Assembly (NCBI GenBank): GCA_002633005.1
Contig: NMRA01000467.1
Location: 255,081 to 319,080, forward strand
Source of the DNA: Phoronis australis
Taxonomy: Eukaryota; Animalia; Phoronida
Length of the DNA: 64,000 bases
Direction of reading: 5' to 3'
The notes under the pieces are model-generated. The model was not told the DNA's origin and did no database searches. It saw only the letters and a list, made by a program, of their open reading frames with translations. A program made the translations under genes and the position numbers. Shown in pieces: positions 58,821-64,000 of this stretch (its first letter is position 1; every line of letters starts with the position of its first letter).

Positions 58821-61800
58821 TCCGTCTTCCCATCACGACTCCACTAACTCTCCAGCCACTTCCCATCACCTGGAGTCAGTATTACTCGCTCCCCTATTGC
58901 CTACACCCTCACTCCCCTCACCAGGTGTCAGTATTGCCTGCAGCTCCCTACCTCCCCCAACAGGTGTCCGTATTGCTTGCACCTTTCTTCTGACTTCCCT
59001 CACTACCCATTTCCTTCACCCCATCCATCATCCCTCACACACACGCTGGTGTCAGTATTGCCTGCACCACTTTTTCTTACTCTAGGTTTATCACCTGTTA
59101 TATAGTGTATTTTCATCTTTATTTTTATTTTTTTTGTATTATCTACCTCAGTCTCTGTTAGCCATTTTGTCACAGTATGTTTTGTGTATATAGTCACTCT
59201 CAGTTCTACTTATCAACCTCATTCTCTGTATTTTAGTTACATTTATTTTCATATCCTTGTACCTCGTGTGTACTCATATTAGACTTACTATTGATCCTTA
59301 TCCTTACATTTTAGTGTAATCCGCCACCGCCACGACACACAATCAGCAGCTGTTCCAGCACTTGGGTAAACGTACCTCCCCTCTAGCCTTGACCCCCAGT
59401 TATAGTTGGGTATCCTTCTGATAGCATTCTGTAAGTATGTAAATCTACACAAATATTTCCTCTGGTATTTTTACTTTTGTGCGTCCCTGCGGATGGGCTT
59501 GAGCTGTCTTACAACATCTCTAGCGGCGCATTTTATTGTCCATCTTTCCAGAGATTATCATTTATTTTTATGTTTATTTATTACTTTACACTCATATTTC
59601 TGTACCGTTATCTGTCATAATAAATGACTTTTACTTCGCCTATATACGGTTTCCTTTTTAATTCTAGAAACGGAGGTTGCAACGCACCTATCATTTTCGG
59701 GACATACGTCAAACATAAGTTAACAGTTTGACTGCAAGCTGAGCGGGAGTGATGAGCAGAATCAGGGACAGCGTACGCGTTATATTGATCATGCGTGAGC
59801 ACTCTTTCTTTTTCAATGGAAAAAATAGTACCTTTCTTGCGTGTGACGTATTAAAACCTTCCAGTTAAAACACTTTACCTCACATGAACGTACAGTTTTT
59901 TACTTAAAGGGACATGTCATTTCATGACTGAGCAACACAAGTTTGGAATTAATTATTGATGGACGGGATAGATCTTTTGAATTAGAATTAACCACAGCTG
60001 TAAAACACTGGAATGTGTTTTTGTTTGGGATTTTCTTATAAATCGCTAATTCTCGCCATCGTCTGCCTAACATTCGCTGAAATCGAGGCTGGTGACTTCA
60101 CCAGTGAATTACCCTACTCAGCCACACACTGTACGCTATGTGACGTTGCGCTCAGAGCGCTTGGCTAAGACGCGAGTGTTTCGGGTTCGATTGGGCGCTG
60201 GGGCTTATCGCAGAAAAATTTTTTATTCGCCTACATGAACACTTTAAAACGCTTTAGCTAAAGTTTTTACACGTACTTGAATACGTTTTTAAACGCATAT
60301 TAAACCGTCAGAAGAATCAAATATTTCACGTTAATTGCTTTCACTCAACGCATATAAAACGTTTAAAGTAAAATATTCTAGCTGAAGCTTTTTAAAATAC
60401 TCGTATAACTGAACTAGTTTTGACACTGTGTTTCTCACAGTGCAAATGCACTATGAACTGGGTGCCTGAAAGTTTGTAAAAGATTAGTCATGTTTCTGTT
60501 ATAGTTTGAAAAAATACTTTCACTTTCATAATCATTTGCGGTGAACTACTGTAGAGCTCTTCCACCAATAACATTTAACTAGAGCAACCCGCTTGGTAAT
60601 TTCCGGACTGTAATGCCAACGTGTTACCTTCGATTTTAATGTTTGTGCTTGAATGAACACCAAACGAAGAATTGCATAATGTTTAATTAAGCTAAACTGT
60701 TTTGTATGATTCTCATTTTTAACAACTTTATTTACCGGCCTAGTTGAGTCGACATACGATAAAGGCTTGTTTTCAGGCATCGGGAAGAGTGTCAACAATG
60801 TTTCGCTCATTACTGGGCGTGTATGTACTGTTGAATTTTCGCCCTTGGCAACTGCATTACGTAATAGTCGCAAAAACGCTGATAGCTTATACTCAGACAA
60901 TTGATTAAAGCCGTACATTTTCTAAATGATTTGCTTTATCAACAGATTTGATCGGCAGACGGTTTTGTATTTGGGCAAGCTTTGTAAGGAAACTGTCGTC
61001 AGTGTATGGCTTTTCAGATGGTTGGATCAGCCGGAGTGTGACAAATCAAGCATAGTTCTTCTTAACAGTATTCCCAGAGTGTCTGAGACTGCTGTCTACA
61101 AGGCTGGCATCGAATGTAACTCAAAACCGTCATATTACGCGAGATTTAAAACAATTTATCCCATATGCGTTGAATCAGTCGAGGGAAATACGGCCATGAT
61201 GTAATAATGATTTCCGTATTCACCTCTCGCACTACCTCAACTGTGACCTCTGACAATGGAAAGTTCAAAAGGTAGGTCAATGTCGACTCGACATCGTTAG
61301 CCGGTTCGATCATCAAACTTTCGGAGAATTGTTTAACGTAATACAGTTGGAGCAGTGTAAATAGCACTCAGCATACAATCAGGTTTCAATCTTGATATCT
61401 GGAACAGGACTGCTAATTAAATGACAGTTTCATTTGCTAAATATTTTATTGTCTGCAACTCAGCCGCCGATTCCTCGGTAACTACGGTATCAAATGTTGT
61501 TGTTATTTAACTAATTTCAGGGGATGTTACAGGTTCAATAAAAAGTTACCCTTGTTTTCATCTTTCTTATCTCTTTTCAGGTAATAAATCGTCACATTCA
61601 AAACTGTTTCTTTTACTAGAGAAAACTTGCAGTCTAACGCGCAAGTACATACATATAGGATGTGATCCGCCACGTGAACAGTCTGCGTGAAGTATTCAAA
61701 AAATCTGCGGAAAAATGAAACAAACTTAGGAAATCGAAGCGTATGGGATAAATACATTGATTTCGCTCTCGGTCGATATGCGGAATAATGTCTCGTGGGA

Positions 61801-62599
61801 TATTACTTCATTTACGCCACTCTCGGTAAGTTTTGTGTTTGTATTTCCTGGAGAATTATTTAGAAATAGTAAATATTGCACGTTTATTTATTCAGCGGTT
61901 GACTCTTCTGCGTGATAAAACCCGTCCATTGTTTGTGGAAAGAGATCGCCACATAAATATTCCTCATGAAAATAGGTTGTTTTCGGGAATTGTTTTTCAA
62001 TTACAGCTGTGAAATATTTTGAACGTGTCACCAAATGAATCGACGACATCGTGGCCAGTTTGGTGATACATTTCTGTTTACAACCTCAACTACATTTTAA
62101 CGTTTTAAAAATGTTTGGAATGATAGTTCCACATTTCACCACCATGTGATGCTCGTAACGTGAAGAAACTTGTCATAAATTTACATTTTATTGTAAAAAA
62201 GCTGAACGCGTTTTTATGCCTTGATGCAACTTATGGAAATGATAAACACACTTTATGGACATCTAATCTCATTGTTATATTCAGTGAATAAACACACTTT
62301 ATGGCAGTGGCGGATCTAGGATATCACAAGGGGCCCAACATTTTGTCTGAAAATATTTGCGCAAAGCTCAATTAGATGAGCATAGCACCGAATGGGGGGA
62401 GGTCGGGAGGGGGGGGTTGCCCACCTCCAGCCCAGGAAAATTTCTCTGTTTTTTCCTCTAAAAATCAAGCATTTTCCTTGATGCCTGAAGTATTATCCAA
62501 GAAAAAAGGCCAAGAAAAGGACGTTGCAAATGCTAATTCAACACTTGGAACGTGAACACACTACAGTATAGCGTACCCAAAATGTTGTTGGGTAGAAAA

Positions 62600-63460
62600 T
62601 TGACACTGCAATTCATGGAATCTGACCTTTGCAGTCACACCAAATCATCAACAGTAGGCAATAAGCGATTTGGACATCATGCGGAATTATAGCTGGTGAG
62701 AGTGATTTGTTCATGGCGTCTTTCTTCCATCCATAGTCCTCTGGATCTAGTGCTGGTGACATTCCACCACATGACTGACTGGTAATGAGCTCTGTTTACG
62801 TTAATATTCTCTGTGAATGCCTCTGTTGTCGGTGACATTTATTTCTTGCCATTTCTCTTCCCCATACCAGTGGTTTGGTTCCTGACATTTTCTTAATTCC
62901 CCGGTTTCATTCCATAACAGGCACACATACATTTAGGTGCCTGTTTCATGACATCAGAAAAATGTGCATTAAAAATGCCGATAGCAGACAGGTCATTCCA
63001 GCCTTCAATATTTTAACGATGGATCCCTTTCCAACTCCATAGTAACATGCCACCGTGTTACACCCCTACTGCGCATGGGCAGGGGGGAGACCTTCACAAT
63101 ATCGCTACGTGTTTCCAGTGTTAACTTTATGTCTACGACTGTTCTACGCTTACTACGTGATTTCATGGTTGAGATATTTGAAGCTATTCCTTGTCTTAGC
63201 AACGCAGACGAAGGACAAATACATTTTGTCATCCGAAAAATCTAAACTTTGTTAAGTTCATATGCACATTTCACGTCTAATTGCACAATAATGGTGCTAG
63301 CTTCTTCGTGGAATGTCTCCAATGTCCTTGTACTGTATTAAGCGACAAGGATCTTCATCAGGGATTACCTACTTGCGTTCCTAACATACTGCTAGCCTTT
63401 CTCGAAGTCATATAACATTGCCTGTCCAATGCTTGTTTCATGTACATTAACAGCCGATTT
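62600..63460 (-). mobile_element. Academ (AcademX-type) transposon relic: XPG/FEN1-like nuclease and start of a Cys-rich domain
   Basis: HEEASTIIVQ, FSDD, VVDIK, AHAQ*GCNTVACYYGVGKGSIVKIL (H3TH), SPTTEAFTEN..RAHYQSVMW, PALDPEDYGWKKD...MIWCDCK. Confidence 0.7.
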
Positions 63461-64000
63461 CATAAAGGTGGTTTAACAAAAAGTCTTAAACCTGGTCTTC
63501 CTAAACCTGGTCTAATTTTAGACCTAACTTGCATTTCACCATCATGGTTTAAGAGTCTGAATGCCTGGTTTTGCTAGACCAGGGCCCGGTCTCCAATCTC
63601 CGTACTCAGACTCGAATCATGCTCAAACTCACACTTCATACTCAACTCGAGTACAGACTCAGCTTTGGTGTATTCAATGTCATACTCGAAAAATCTGTAC
63701 TCGAAATTTCGAGCACGTACTCAATTTTCGAGTATACTCGAAGCGAAGTGTATTTCATCCATATTTCGAGTACGATTTTGAGTAAAAATTCCGAGTATAT
63801 GCTCTAAATTTCAAGTTTGGTATGGCAGTGTGCTTGAAATCGTACTCGAAAATAAATACGAGCCAGAGAACAAAATATCGAAAGGGAACCAAGAAACACA
63901 GCAAATCTAAAAAAATAAGTCCTCTTACCGTATCTCAGCACTTCAATTTCAGTTCAGAGATAATAGTTTTCATCTTAAATCTTCTTATTCTTCACCTTAT

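Noticed and set aside
60145-60205. tRNA-like sequence (B-box-like gggttcgatt)
   Set aside because: No complete cloverleaf can be drawn. It is at most a decayed tRNA-derived SINE head.

Overview
Eukaryotic, AT-rich and TE-dense genomic DNA from a gapped draft assembly. An animal, probably a marine invertebrate, is inferred from the TE spectrum. The only intact host genes I can build are two tandem, same-orientation (minus-strand) paralogs. Each has 7 coding exons with GT-AG introns and consistent phases. Copy A spans 7387-26115 (1833 nt CDS, 610 aa) and copy B spans 36262-53111 (1869 nt CDS, 622 aa). They encode an unusual D-amino-acid-oxidase/dehydrogenase (DAO/DadA) superfamily flavoprotein. 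It has a deviant Rossmann loop (RVLYAGGPGPMVGA), a C-terminal GHGGTGMT motif and an N-terminal mitochondrial-presequence-like exon that is absent from the ORF track. The paralogs mix identical tracts with sharply diverged ones. Most of the rest is decayed or nested TEs: CR1-type ORF1, RTE, Penelope-like elements with hammerhead-like motifs, Helitron, a HINE/Helentron-type array, Tc1/mariner, IS3EU-like, Kolobok (THAP + KolX), hAT-like, L1/Tx1, a DIRS-type tyrosine recombinase and Academ. There are also micro/minisatellites and two likely assembly duplications at single Ns. No database searches were possible, so family calls rest on motif recognition.
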